This document shows positions 1 to 14,072 of a stretch of 64,000 bases of DNA, one piece after another. Source of the DNA: Eledone cirrhosa (Eukaryota); NCBI GenBank assembly GCA_964016885.1, contig OZ024741.1, positions 65,286,001 to 65,350,000 of the forward strand. The letters are read 5' to 3'. Positions within the stretch are counted from its first letter, which is position 1. Every line of letters begins with the position of its first letter. Below the pieces are notes generated by a model, which had not been told where the DNA came from, ran no database searches, and saw only the letters and a list, made by a program, of their open reading frames with translations. Position numbers and translations under genes: made by a program.

Positions 1-152
1 ACCCAGTGCATTACTGGTACTTTATTTTATCGACCCCGTAAGGATGAAAGGCAAAGTCAACCTCGGCGGGATTTGAACTCAGATCGTAAAGGGACGTAAC
101 TATGCTGGAAAGCATGGCGTCTGACCCTCTACCGATACTGCCAATCCACCGA
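1..152 (-). mobile_element. tRNA-derived SINE family A (MetaSINE-like), partial
   Basis: Minus strand reads TGGCAGTATCGG (A box), GAGTTCAAATCC (B box) and GCCTTTCATCCTTACGGGGTCGATAAAATAAAGTACCAG (Meta-domain-like). Near identical to the copies at 4610 and 35931. Confidence 0.85.
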
Positions 153-211
153 CCCTTTACCAATACTGCCAATTTACCATAGAATAATGATATAATAATA
201 ATAATTATTAT

Positions 212-1245
212 TTTGTCCTCTCTCAGGATTGATCTTAATTCCTAGTTTAGTCAAGAGAGTGGGCCACATTCTGTGGTCTTAGATATCATGACGTTGTTCC
301 CTTCTTTTCAGTTTCTATCCAATATCTTTCATATCATCCTAGCAGTTCCAAGCATACAAGGTTTCTATAACATTTCCACTGTAAGATTCAATTCTAGTTT
401 TTCTATCAATTTATCAAAATTCTTTGTAATCATCCCTCAGGCATCAACAACTACTAATATCGCTTTCACCTTTTTTATCTTCCACATTCTTGAAATTTCA
501 TACTTCAGGAGGCCAAAAGTTATGCACTTTTCTTTTTCTTTTATGCGAGTATCAAATAGGCAAGCTGGATCTCTCAACTGACACATTTTGTTTTTCTTTT
601 CGATTACAGTGATGTCTGATCTATTATCATCTAGCCATTTATTAGTTTGTATGGACCAATCCCATAGAATCTTGCAGTCTTCTGACTCCAATAATTTCTC
701 TGGAAAGTGCATGTACCATTTATCTGTCTTCAAATCCTCACATCTAACAGTTTCCAGCAGATTATTTTGGCTTTATTATTATGTCTCACCTTCTTATATT
801 CATTTTGAGCAAGTTTCTGATACTCTTATACAATGTGTGTCACTGTTTTAACTGCACCATTACACAATCAACACAGAGGAGATACATCTTCACCATACAC
901 TGATTTTCTAATGTTACTCGTGCAAATTACTTGATCTTGTGTTGCAGTTATTGTGCACTTCGTTTCTTTTTTCAAATATCCTTCTTTAGCCAATCCCACG
1001 ATTCTATTCCTCTCATTTCATTTATTGTTTTTCTGAACTGCCCATGTAGTGCCTTGTCATATACAATTCATTCTGTATATCTTCTTTACTTTTGCTACCA
1101 GTGTTAGTTCCAAACAAATCTGCTTCGTTCACAACCCTCAGTAATTCCTATCTGGACACACGTAAATACTGTTCTAACTCTTTCATTTCTATTCTAACAC
1201 AATCTTCTATCCTTATCAAACCTTGGCCTCTGTTTTCTCTTTTTC

Positions 1246-1250
<5 letters not shown>
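212..1250 (-). mobile_element. Degenerate R4/Dong-like non-LTR retrotransposon, 3' part (restriction-like endonuclease region)
   Basis: ORF 437-733 has KILWDWSIQTNKWLDDNRSDITVIEKKNKMC...LKYEISRMWKIKKVKAILVVV, matching the KILWDFxIQTD...NRPDI motif of RLE elements. Frameshifted and flanked by (TAA)n on both sides. Confidence 0.7.
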
Positions 1251-1289
<39 letters not shown>

Positions 1290-2351
1290 TAATACAATAA
1301 TAATAATAATAATGATAATCATTATTATTATTGTTAATAAATATTTGCTATATTATAGAATCAAAACTGCTGAATGAAAGTTGTTTGGACTAGACTATTT
1401 ATTTGTAGGTTGCAAGGATTTAATTGTATTTCTTTATATTTCACTGTACACAATTTGTTTTTCTTGCTTCAGTTAAAAAGCTGATTATTTATTGATACAT
1501 CTCTCTATATATCTCTCTCTCTCATGAAAGGCCAAACAATTGATAATGTTTATCAAGTGTATATAAAACTCATGGTGTCATGATAAAATGCATCCAGTGT
1601 ACTTCTAAAACATAGCTGATGATTGAATGGAGACAGTGTTTGATAGATAGGACCATTCACTTGTATAAAGGACATGATGACAACCTCTCTAGTGTGGGTG
1701 TTATCATAAAATGTCTCCCACTACACTCTATAAAACAGCTGGTCATCAAATGAAGACAATATAGTGTAGAGAGGACTCTTTAGTCTTGTCAAAAATATGA
1801 CAACCTCTCTAGTGTTGGGGGCCATAAGAAAATGCACCCACTACATTCTGTAAAATCATTGCGGTTAAGAAGAATATCCAGTTGTAGAAGCCATTCCCCA
1901 AATGGTATATGATGTGTTATTGCCCTCTCTTCACCCCCAAAAATTTTAATGGCAACAACTTGTCCAACTCATGCTAGAGAGTAAAATGATACTGATATGT
2001 GGTTTGAGGGACATTTCTGCTGCAGTTTTTACCAGGTTGATGGGCCACGTTGAGGCTTCCTATTTTTTCAAGAGTTAGTTAGCGGAAGTGGTGATGTTGT
2101 TGTTGCTGGTGGTGGTGGTGGTGGTGTAGATTGTAGAAAGTAAGTGTAGTTAAGGTAGGCCATAAAGTAGTTAGATAAGAATAAGCCAGTGTGTAATAGG
2201 CCACAGACAGACAGCTGATGAGGTAATAATAGGATTAATCAATAAATATAACAGATTAGGTGGTGCTGGTGAAATGATGTATCGTATTGTCCAATTAATG
2301 ATGGCAGCAGATAGGTGTGAAATGGATATCAGATGGAATAAAGCTGGTGAT

Positions 2352-2399
<48 letters not shown>

Positions 2400-2587
2400 A
2401 ATAATTAAAGAGAGAATATACATATGTGTATTATATCTATATATATTGTGTGTGTATATATATAAATATACACATAGACATAAACACATATATACACACA
2501 CACACAAAGTTGTATAGAGTTTCCATATATCTACTTTTCCATTCATTGCATTCACATACTTTTGCAAATATATGTACAAAATCCCTC

Positions 2588-2648
<61 letters not shown>

Positions 2649-4389
2649 ACACACATATATATTATTTATTACACAGTTTATATGAGAATCCATCATACAA
2701 AACTGGCAAATAACAGCCTTTTTATTTTTTATTTGTTTCACTAGAATAATTCCAAATAGCATAGGTTTAGCATCAAAATGTGAAGTAGCATAGAGAGATG
2801 ATAATGATAATATGTGGTGGTTATGGTGGTGGTGGCAGTGGCAGCAGCAACAGTGGCTATGGTGGTAGTTATGGTGGTGCTGGCAGTGGTTCTGGTGGTG
2901 GTGATGATGATGGTGTAGAACAAAGAGAATAAATTCTTTACATGTCATAATGATCATATAATTTCCTTGCAATCTATATGAAGTGGAAGAAATAAGGAAA
3001 CATTTGCAATTATCTTCTATGAACCTTCAACATTAAGATCATCTCTTTTTAATATCAGCTGTTTCTTAGGTTCTTCTCACCTTCACAATTATCATTCCAT
3101 TACCATGCTACTAAAATGTCTCTAACATTATCATGGGATCTGTATTCAGTATATGAGTTATTGGAGGTGGTGAATTGGTAGAGTTGTTAGAACATCGGAT
3201 AGAATGCTTTGTGGTATTTGTTCCAGCTCTCTGCCAAAGTCAACTTTGCCTTTCATCCTTTCGAGGTCGATAAAAAGAAAGTACCAGTCTAGTACTGGGG
3301 TCGATTCTTGCTCTATATCTCTTTCTCATTTCCTCTCTCTCACTATCTATCTTTCTCTGGAAGAAATCTGCTGTACCCAGGCCTGGAGATGGATGGGCTC
3401 CACCAGGCTTAAAATACCCAAGAAACGTTGTCTGTCAATATGGTGCCCCAATGACTCTATCGGGTGTTACGGGACCATACATACATATGAGTTATTATAG
3501 TTTTGGACTATTCAGTGATTATTTTAGCATGTAGTTGACTCCTGCTTGTGTAGTCTTAAATCAAATTTTATTTAGAAAGTTTACATGTACTAAATATTAT
3601 ATACACTTACAGAAAATAGCAGCCATGAAATGTTTAAAATAGCCATTACAAATGCTTCTCAGACTGAGAGAATATCAAACTTTGGGTTTGTGGTACCTGC
3701 TTCAAAGATATATATACAGTTCTAAAATTTCCTTAAAATAAACCCTGGGACTATTTACTGGAAAGAAGTAAGAATGAATCTCTACTATCAAAAGTTATGA
3801 TAAAACCAAATTAATTTTGAATTTTTTCATTTATAGCTGATTAATAAGAATTTAAAAAATAAATAGCTATAATGAAAAGAAAAGGGAAAGAAAATATGGT
3901 AATTATTATTTTTTTTTTTTAGAAATTCAATTTGTAAATCACTGTGAAAACCAAATTCAATCACAAAATGGGAATTAATTCTGTTCTGGTGAAATAACAC
4001 AACAGTCTTTGTTGGTTCCAAAATCTCACTCAGAATTGCTGAATTATTTTCTTTTTCTATTTCCTATAATATTACTGTGATCATTGGGAATCATTTTTTT
4101 CTCCTACTAGACAGAATTAAGTTTTAACAAAAATCGATCCAGCGCATTTGATGAGAATAAGAACTTGAAAGCTGGTAATGGTGAGGTTATATTGTTTAGC
4201 TTCGACAATCAAACTAGATTTTCTAAGAATAAAAATAATTATAAACATAAAACATAAAAAACTATCCGTAAAACAAAGAATTATACTTATTTTTATCCGC
4301 TCTTTATATTTCATGTTGTCTGTAACTTAGAGTTTGTATTTCATTTTCAAAGTATGGCAATATGAAAATATAAACAAGCAACAACAACA

Positions 4390-4576
4390 ATAATTGTTTC
4401 TACTTTTGGCACAAGGCCAGCAATTATCCTAGTGTATTACTGGTACTTAATTTTATCGACCCTGTAAGGATGAAAGGCAAAGTTAACCTCGACAGGATTT
4501 GAACTCAGACCATAAAGGGCCGTAACTCTTTGTTACAAAGCATGGCGTCTGACCCTCTACCGATACTGCCAATCCA
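4390..4576 (-). mobile_element. SINE family A
   Basis: Same A/B boxes and Meta-like domain as the other copies. Confidence 0.85.
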
Positions 4577-4609
4577 AACATTGGCCACTATAGAACAAGA
4601 GAACATATC

Positions 4610-4795
4610 TTGGATTGGCAGTATCAGTAGAGGGTCAGACGCCATGCTTTCCAGCATAGTTACGTCCCTTTACGATCTGAGTTCAAATCCCGCCGAGGTT
4701 GACTTTGCCTTTCATCCTTACGGGGTCGATAAAATAAAGTACCAGTAATGCACTGGGCAATTGCTGGCCTTGTGCCTAAAGTAGAAACAATTATT
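4610..4795 (+). mobile_element. SINE family A
   Basis: TGGATTGGCAGTATCAGTAG...GAGTTCAAATCCCGCCGAGG...GTAGAAACAATTATT. Confidence 0.9.
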
Positions 4796-5163
4796 GTGGA
4801 GTTGTTTTTATTTAACTTCAAACGGGCCCTCAATGAGCTGACTTGTTATTAAATTATCAAAGCCATTCCAACAAGATCATCCAGTTTTTTTATCTAGGAC
4901 ACATATTGTAAAGTGTGGTAGTGTAGTATTACTTTTTATAAAATGTTAGGGTGGAATTTGAGAGAATTTTGTTGCTGTTTCTAGCAGGTTGAGGGGCTAT
5001 CAAGAGGTTCTCTTACTCGTTTGTTGCCATTGTTGAGTAGTTTCTCTGGGTCTTTCGTCTCTCTTAACATTGCACTAAGATTAGAAATTAGCTAGAACAC
5101 ATTTGATTAACAGTAGCTTTCTCAAGCCTGACCTAATTCAAAACAACAGAATACTACTACTAC

Positions 5164-5199
<36 letters not shown>

Positions 5200-5201
<2 letters not shown>

Positions 5202-7400
5202 ATGGTTTCTGATTGAGGCACATGGCCAACAATTTCTGGGGAGAGGAGAGTTGATTAAATCAACCCAGTATGTTACTGGTACTATATTTTATTGACCTCA
5301 TAAGGAGGAAAGGTAAAGCTAACCTTGGCAGGATGTGAACTCGAAATGTAAAGTACCGTGATTATATGCCACAAAGCATGCTGTCCAACACTCTACCAAT
5401 ACTGCTAATCCACCACTCTAGTGATGATAATAATAATAATGGTTTCTGATTTAGGTACAAGGCCAGCGATTTTAAGGGGAGGATTGGGGGGGGGGGTTAT
5501 TAAATCGACCCCAGTGCATTACTGGTACTTTATTTTATCGACCTCAGAAGGATGAAAGGCAAAGTTGATCCCAATGGAATTTGATTTGAACTCAGAAAGT
5601 AAAAAGCCAGAACAAATACCACAAAATCTAATTTAGGCACAAAACCACAAATCTTGATGGGGGAGGGGTTAGTAAGTACTTGACCCAGTATTTTTCTTTT
5701 TTTGAACCTTGGAAGGATGAAAAGAAAAGAGATTGTAGAGAGAAATATAAGGCAGTTAAAAACAACACAGTAGGGATTCACATCAAGGAAAAAGGTAAAA
5801 TCAACAAAAACCAATGAAAAAGTGGGGTGGGGGTGGGGAAACCAATAGCAGGGTGGAGGAGGGGAACCACTTTGTGTAATTTGTGAGTAAGTGGATGGGT
5901 GGGGGTAGGGGATACTCCCCACACAAAGTCGTGATTACACTGCGCATCAAAAGCCTGGAAAGTATGTTTTCTGCCAGTTTATTCTTGCCTCTTGTTTACA
6001 ATTACATAAGCCTAATTAGCCTCATCAATCTTGAAGTTCTCTTCAGCTTTTGTAAAACACACTGGGTGGCAGTGCTCCCTCCTTTTCTCCTCTCTCTTTC
6101 TTTCTCTTTCTCCTCCTCTCCTCTCATTTTCTTCTTCAATAATAATGAGGATTTCTGATTTAGGTACAAGGTCAGCAATTTGGGAGGAGAGGAAAATCAG
6201 AGAGTCACTCCTGCTACTTCTCTCAATTGAGAGATCACAGCTCCGATACTATGGGCATGTGGTTAGAATGTCTCAGGATAGGATCGCTGGACAGATTTTA
6301 CGGGCAAAATCAACTGGCAGGAGACCCAGGGGTAGACCCCGAGCAAGATGGATGGATAACATCCATGAGCTTGGCTGGTTTCACTGGGGGATCCAGCCGG
6401 ATCAATTGGAGACAGTTGCTTCTGACAGGACCTGCTAGAAGGAGTGTTTGAGGACTCTGTCCCCACGACCCTCCCAAGAATAAGTGAGTGAAGAAGAAAA
6501 AGAAGGAAAATCATTTAATTACATTAACCCCAGTATTACTTTACTGCAACTGTATTTTGTCAACCTCAGAAGGATGAAAGACAAAGTTGAACTCTGTAAG
6601 ATTTGAACTCAGAATGTAGACAATTGAAACTAAATATTGTAAAGAATTTTGTCCAATGCTTAATAACAATAATAATGATTTTTGATTGAGGCAGAAGGTA
6701 GCAATTTGGTGGGAGGTAAAGTTGATCATATCAATCCCAATACTTTAATGGAACACTGGAAGGATGAATGGTCATGTTGACTTTGGTAGGCTTTGAACTC
6801 AGAGTGCAGACAACTAGAACGAATACTGATGATCTAAAGATTCTGCCAAACCACCGCCCTAATAATAATTTCTAATTTAGGTACAAGGCCAACAATGTGT
6901 AAGGAAGGAAAGTATTTGACTGGTACTTTATTTTACTAACCATGGAAGGATGAAAGGCAAAGTTGGTCTTGGCATGATTTGAATTCAGAAATTATCAGAG
7001 CAAGAACAAATACTGCTAATCCACCACCCAAATAATGATTTCTAGTATAGGCACAAGGCCAGCAATTTGGAGGGAAGGGAAAGTCGATTATATCAACCCC
7101 CAGTGCATTACAGATATTTTATTTTATCGAGCCCATAAAGATGAAAGGTAGGATTTGAACTCATAACATAAATAACTAGCTGCTGCAAAGCATGATGTCT
7201 GATGCCCTACCGATACTACCAATTCACTACCTTTTATAATAATAATAATAATGATTTCTAGTATAGGCACAAGGCCAGCAATTTGGAGGGAGAGGAAGTC
7301 GATTAAATCAACCCCAGTGCATTACTGGTACTTTATTCTATCGACCCTGTAAGGATGAAAGGCAAATCTGATGTTCTACCAATACTGCCAATTTACCATC
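5200..7400 (-). mobile_element. Cluster of about 7 older SINE family A copies, head-to-tail and separated by (TAA)n
   Basis: Repeated GGCACAAGGCCAGCAAT...GGATGAAAGGCAAAG...GATTTGAACTCAG near 5200, 5440, 6520, 6680, 6865, 7035 and 7250. Confidence 0.75.
6200..6500 (+). mobile_element. RTE-type LINE 3' fragment (second family)
   Basis: LRYYGHVVRMSQDRIAGQIL...TGRRPRGRPRARWMDNI C-terminal motif. Related minus-strand relics lie near 60115-60245 and 62015-62185. Confidence 0.7.
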
Positions 7401-7799
7401 CTTTATAATAATAATATTAATTATTATTATTATTTCTTTCTTTATTATTTATTGATAATGAATATAAATGAATTAAATAGCATAAATATAGACAAAATAA
7501 TAACAGGGCTGTTATTTACATTGAAACCTGAGATTGGTCGTGGAAATAGGCAGAACAAAATAAAAATTATCAATTTCATGGCTTTAAAGATTTCCTGTTT
7601 GTCTGCTTTGCTGTTTAGAATGAGGTGGGAGGAGGAGGAGAGAGATGGTAGGAGGAGAAATGAGTGAGAGAGAGAGAGATGGTAGGAGGAGAAATGAGAG
7701 AGAGAAAGAGAGAGAGAGAGAGATCCAATAGTATTTAGCATGAGGATGATGATTACTTGTTCCATCACTATCATCATCACAAGTCAATTTATTTTTAGT

Positions 7800-8350
7800 C
7801 ATAATTATCATCATCATCATGATAGTCATCATCATCATCATGATAGTCATCATCATCATCATGATAATAATCATCATCATCATGATAATAATCATCATCA
7901 TCATGATAATAATCATCATCATCATGATAATAATCATCATCATCATGATAATAATCATCATCATCATGATTACCAAAATCAGAACCACACATTTTCATTG
8001 GCCTGGAATAGTAACTACCATCATAAATCTTCAGTGACATGATTTATATTCCTCTTCACCCCCCCCCCCCTTCTCCTCCTCCTCATCATCATCATCATCT
8101 TCATCACCATTATCATCACCACCATCGTCACCATCATCACCACCTTCATCATCATCACCACCATCACCTTCATCATCACCACCACCTTCGACATCATCAT
8201 CATCATAATCACCATTATTATCATCACCACCACCATCATCATCATCACCATCATCACCACCATCACCATCATCATCATCACATATATCATCATCTTCAAC
8301 ACCATCATCATCATCATCACCATCACCCCCACCACTATCATTATCGTCAT
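7800..8350. repeat. (CAT)n/(CAC)n low-complexity tracts, including a 21-bp unit CATCATCATCATGATAATAAT
   Basis: Directly visible. Confidence 0.9.
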
Positions 8351-9929
8351 TAACACTACATATCTTATGGTCCATTCAGTGTTTACTGTCAGTCACGTGT
8401 TACCTGAGATTTAGGACTTTAAACATGTATGACATCATTTCACAGACAACCCAGTGTTTATTGTTGTTGTTGCTTCATTAATACGTTGGTTCTGATTGAG
8501 CAGAGTCTTATGATCAAAGGTATTGAGTGTCATATATTAACTCTTTCATTACCATACTTCTAATAAAAGACTGCCAATTAATTTCAAATCATTTTCAAAA
8601 TCAAGAATTTGGAGAGATTTTGTGCCATAATATAACTAACTTTCTAATTATGAAACTTTCTTTGGAACATAACTTAACAAAGGTTCTTACATAAAATTAT
8701 GATGGAACATTTTTAGATAGATATAAACACCTTAAAAACAGCTTTGTGTTGTAGAATCAAAGGTAGATTCCAGTGTTTGGTATAAAAAAATATTAAGTTA
8801 CTATTTTACTAATGAACTAATTAATAATTTTAATAAATCTTTCAGAATTTTTCCATATCGTCAACTTCATCATTTAACATCCATTTTCTGAAATAGAGTA
8901 TTTCACAAAAATGTTGCCCCCACAACACATACCATCTGGCCATTGAGTGTCTTTAGCAGAGTTCATGCTGTTGTAAGTATTCAAGCTAGGTCTTTGGTCT
9001 GAGGATAACTGCATTTCCTCCTACCAATCTCAGAGATACTTGTTTTTATGCATAGATTTCTATGTTGGCATGAGTTGGACAGTAAATTTTTCCAGGCAGG
9101 GTTTTACAGTTAGATGCCATTTATGGTGCTGACTCTTAGGTGTACCTATTCAAATAATGGAATACAAAGTATAAGGCAGGGGTCTCAAACTCAAGGATGC
9201 AAAAGGGATATTATGTCCTGGAGCAATGCCACAATGGCTCAAAGATGATAGGCTGCTATTTAGTTTTTTTCATTAACCCTTTAGCATTTAAACCGGCCGT
9301 ATCCGACCAGAATTCTCACACCCCTTTCTGTTCAAACCAGCTATAACTGGCCGCTCATATTGATGTTAAGGTATTGTTCTCAAAATAAATAATATCAAAA
9401 TCTCATAGACTCGATATTATGTGAGGTAATTATGTGAGGTAAAGACCATACCATGAAAATACAATAATAAATATAGAGTAATGTAAAGATAGTGTTTTTA
9501 CCTATAATTCAAATGGTCAGCTGAGTGAACTGGAGCAATGAGAAATAAAGTGTCTTGCTCAAGGATACACCACCGGGAAATCAAAATCATGACCTTACGA
9601 ATTTGTGACGGACACTCTACACTCTAAGTCACATGCCTTCATTACTACTACTACTACCACCACCACCACCACCAACCACCACCAACACCACTATTACTAC
9701 TCCTATCATTACTCTTGGCCCTCTGCCTCAACCTTGTTCTTCTCCTCCTCCCGCTCCTCATTATCATCCCCGAAATACATCTTATCTCCCCCCACTCACC
9801 TATCTCAATATCCATTAGTGAAATTAATATTATCCTCACCACCAACCCCTTTTACAACCACCATTGATTGCCTTCCAGTCCATCTTATGGAATCATCTCA
9901 ATTTCTTGCTGTTAATTCCTTCATTACTG

Positions 9930-11080
9930 TCATCACCACCACCACCACTACTACCATCACCACTACTACCACCACCACCACCACTACTACCACCACCACC
10001 ACCACTACTACCATCACCACTACTACCACCACCACTACCACCACCAACACCACCACTACCACCACCACTACCACCACCAACACCACCACTACTACCATCA
10101 CCACCACCACCACCACTACTACCACCACCACCATCACCTCTACTACCATCACCACCACCATCACCACCACTACCATCACCACTACCACCACCACTACCAC
10201 CACCACTACTACCATCACCACCACCACCACCACCACTACTACCATCACCACTACCACCACCACTACCACTATCACCACCACCACCACCACCACTACTACC
10301 ACCACCACTACCACCACTACTACCATCACCACTACCACTACCACCACTACTACCATCACCACTACCACCACCACTACCACCACTACTACCATCACCACCA
10401 CCACTACCATCACCACTACCACCACCACCACTACTACTACTACCATCACCACCACCACCACCACTACCACTACTACCATCACCACCACCACCACCACTAC
10501 CACTACTACCATCACCAACACCACCACTACTACCATCACCACCACCACCACTACTACCATCACCACCACCACCACTACTACCATCACCACCACCACCACC
10601 ACCACCACCACTACTACCATCACCACCACCACTACCATCACCACTACCACCACCATCACCACCACTACTATCATCACCACTACCACCACCACCACTACTA
10701 CTACTACCATCACCACCACCACCACCACTACCACTACTACCATCACCACCACCACCACCACTACCACTACTACCATCACCAACACCACCACTACTACCAT
10801 CACCACCACCACCACTACTACCATCACCACCACCACCACTACTACCATCACCACCACCACCACCACCACCACCACTACTACCATCACCACCACCACCACC
10901 ACTACCACTACTACCATCACCACTACCACCACCAACACCACCATTACTACCATCACCACCACCACCATCAAAATCCTCATCATCATCATCATCAACATCA
11001 CCATCATCATCATAAACAACAACATCATCATCATCATCACCATCTACATCATCATCATCATCATCATCACCATCATCATT
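9930..11080. repeat. About 1.15-kb compound trinucleotide tract (ACC/ACT/ATC)
   Basis: Directly visible; it explains the poly-Thr, poly-Pro and poly-Val ORFs. Confidence 0.95.
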
Positions 11081-11411
11081 ATCCCTATAATCATTATACT
11101 AATAATTGTTTACTATATCTTTTTAACCATAAAATAAATAAAAATAAAACAAAAACAAAATAGAATTAAAAAAAGGCTGATAAAGGTCAACATTTATAGT
11201 GAAGTTCAATGAGGAAGGAACTCAATGAACTGTATGTCTGATATTTTGGCAAGAAAACTGTGTATATCTGAATATAGAGGTAGTTGGGATGTCTCTGCCA
11301 ACAGTGTGACATCTTGATTGAAATCTAATATCTCAAGTGATTAACACATAGATCAAATCCTGTAAATATACCTTCCAAAGAACTCTGCTTCTAACTCCAT
11401 TCTCCATACCA

Positions 11412-11442
<31 letters not shown>

Positions 11443-11596
11443 GTATATATATATATATATATATAATATATATATATGTTGGTGTGTGTGTGTGCGTGTA
11501 TAACAATCTCTAGAGCCTGTCTAATCCATGCAAGCAAGGAAAATGAACATTAAATCGTGGTGATGATATATATATATATATGTGTGTGTGTATGTA

Positions 11597-11694
<98 letters not shown>

Positions 11695-11789
11695 TACTTG
11701 GTATTTGTAGTACATTCAAGAAACTGTCAGTTTCATGGTCATTGTTGTCAATATCATGTATTAAAATATATATGTCTAAAGTGTCTTGC

Positions 11790-12082
11790 TCAAGGGTGAT
11801 GTGTGGTTTCCTTGAGAAAGACACTTTATTTCACATTGCTCCAGTTTACTCAGCTGTTGAAATGAGATGATAGGGACCGGGGTCCCAGTCCCTATCATTC
11901 CACTGCAAAGTGGTTGTGGAGGTGCCACGAAAAAAAAAAAAAAGCACCCAGCACTCACTGTAAATGAGGTTGGTGTTAGGAAGGGCATCCAGCTGTAGAA
12001 ATCAAGCCAGAATCAGTTCCCGTCCCACCCTTGCAAGCAGGGAAAAGCAGATGCAAAATGATGATGATGATGATGATGATGA
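11790..12082 (+). mobile_element. SINE family B, 5'-truncated
   Basis: CCTTGAGAAAGACACTTTATTTCACATTGCTCCAG...GGAAGGGCATCCAGCTGTAGAAA...(GAT)n. Confidence 0.75.
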
Positions 12083-12158
12083 TATCAAGGGCTCAATCTT
12101 TCATAATACAAAATCATGTGCAAGTAACTTTCCTCCACGTCTCTCTCATATATATATG

Positions 12159-12214
<56 letters not shown>

Positions 12215-12215
<1 letters not shown>

Positions 12216-12435
12216 GCTGTAATGTGGCCTTGTAGGTAGGATGGTAAAAACTTCCCAGTCCACACTGTAAATGTGGTTGGTGTTAGGAAGGGCATCCAGC
12301 TGTAGAAAACCTGCCAGACAGTCCTATACGAGTGAGACACACTCACCCGATCATTCTTGCCTCAAGTAGGATAACTCCCGTCTAAACCCATGCTAGCGTG
12401 GAAGATAGACGTTAAACGATGATGATGATGATGAT
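12215..12435 (+). mobile_element. RTE family 1 3' UTR fragment
   Basis: Matches 43650-43879, has a (GAT)n tail, and its 5' junction is in (TA)n. A second tail lies at about 12634-12800. Confidence 0.75.
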
Positions 12436-13159
12436 GCATATGTAATAATAATAATAATAATAATAATAAAAGGGAAGAGCTGTTAGATCGTCATTACATT
12501 TATTGAAGTGTGATGCACGTTTCACAATTGATCAGCTCAAGGCTCAATCTGTATCGATCTCACCCGACTCTGGAATCAAAAGGTTGTTGGACTTCTGTTA
12601 TGGTAATGACAGAATGATTCCTATATATATATAAATGTAGTTGGTGTTAGGAAGGGCATCCAGCTGTAAAAAAAAAAAACCTGCCAGAGACGCTTCCGTG
12701 AGAGCGAGACATGGTCTCCCGACCACTTCCGCATCAAATGGAACTAAACCGTCTAACCCATGCTAGCGTGGAAGATAGACGTTAAACGATGATGATGATG
12801 ATATATATAAATATATATATATATAATGTGATCAATTTGTTAGACTCATTAGAGCACCAGACAATTGTTCCAGGTCTCTGCATATTAAATTCAAATCCTG
12901 CCATGTTTCACAAAGTGCCATAACTCTATGTTGCAAAGCATGGTGTCTGATGCTCCACTGATACTGCCAGTCCCCCACCCTTAGTAATAATAGCTTGAGT
13001 GAATGTGTGTATGTATGTATGTGTTTGTTGTGTAAATGTGTTTGTGTGCACACACAAATATGTGTGTGCATTGGAGGAAAATACTAAAAACAACAGCTAA
13101 GCAGTGTGCATGTGTGTCATCTGGCTTTTGTGAATACATAGAAAACAAAAGGGAGAGAA

Positions 13160-13762
13160 AATGTATAGACAAACAGAGAGAAGGTGTGTATGTGTGAGAG
13201 GGGGAGATATACAGAGAGGTGTGTGTGTGAGGGGGAGATATACAGAGAGAAGGTGTGTGTGTGAGGGGTAGACAAACAGAGAGAAGGTGTGTATGTGTGT
13301 GAGGGGGAGACAAACAGAGAGAAGGTGTGTATGTGTGAGAGGGGGAGATATACAGAGAGAAGGTGTGTGTGTGAGGGGGAGATATACAGAGAGGTGTGTG
13401 TGTGTGAGGGGGAGATATACAGAGAGAAGGTGTGTGTGTGAGGGGGAGATATACAGAGAGGTGTGTGTGTGAGGGGGAGATATACAGAGAGAAGGTGTGT
13501 GTGTGAGGGGAACATATACAGAGAGAAGGTGTCTGTGCGAGGGGGGGGACATATACAGAGAGAAGGTGTGTGTGTGAGGGGGAGATATACAGAGAGAAGG
13601 TGTGTGTGTGAGGGGGAGATATACAGAGAGAAGGTGTGTGTGTGAGGGGGAGATATACAGAGAGAAGGTGTGTGTGTGAGGGGGAGATATACAGAGAGAA
13701 GGTGTGTGTTTGTGAGGGGGAGATATACAGAGAGAAGGTGTGTGTTTGTGAGGGGGAGATAT
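13160..13762. repeat. Minisatellite, unit about 30-36 bp (GGGGGAGATATACAGAGAGAAGGTGTGTGTGTGA)
   Basis: Many directly visible tandem units. Confidence 0.95.
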
Positions 13763-14038
13763 ATGGAGTTTGCAAGACTAAATATAGCCCTTGAAAATTA
13801 ATTATAGAATCAAAGCTGGAAGAGAGTTAGTAATGAGTCTTCTGACACGTTTTGGCAGGAAGCAGTAATTGGTCCCTATCCTAAGCAAACCATAGAGAGT
13901 TCTTTTCTTGTTCATCTTTGACCGGAACCTAGCTATTATATCTCAAGTGTTAGAAGAGTTTCATTCAACTTAGAAGTAAATTTGGCTGCTTTTTTTGTTT
14001 TTTCATTCATTTGTTTCTCTTTCTTTCTTCTCATTGGC

Positions 14039-14072
<34 letters not shown>

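Noticed and set aside
7584-8375. Poly-His, poly-Asp and poly-Met ORFs
   Set aside because: Translations of (CAT)n microsatellite; the same applies to all YIYI, CVCV and HTHT ORFs.
9605-11137. 510-aa Thr-rich ORF suggesting a mucin
   Set aside because: A trinucleotide tract open in several frames on both strands, with no signal peptide or unique domain.
13160-13762. CRISPR-like regular repeats
   Set aside because: No unique spacers; a simple eukaryotic minisatellite.
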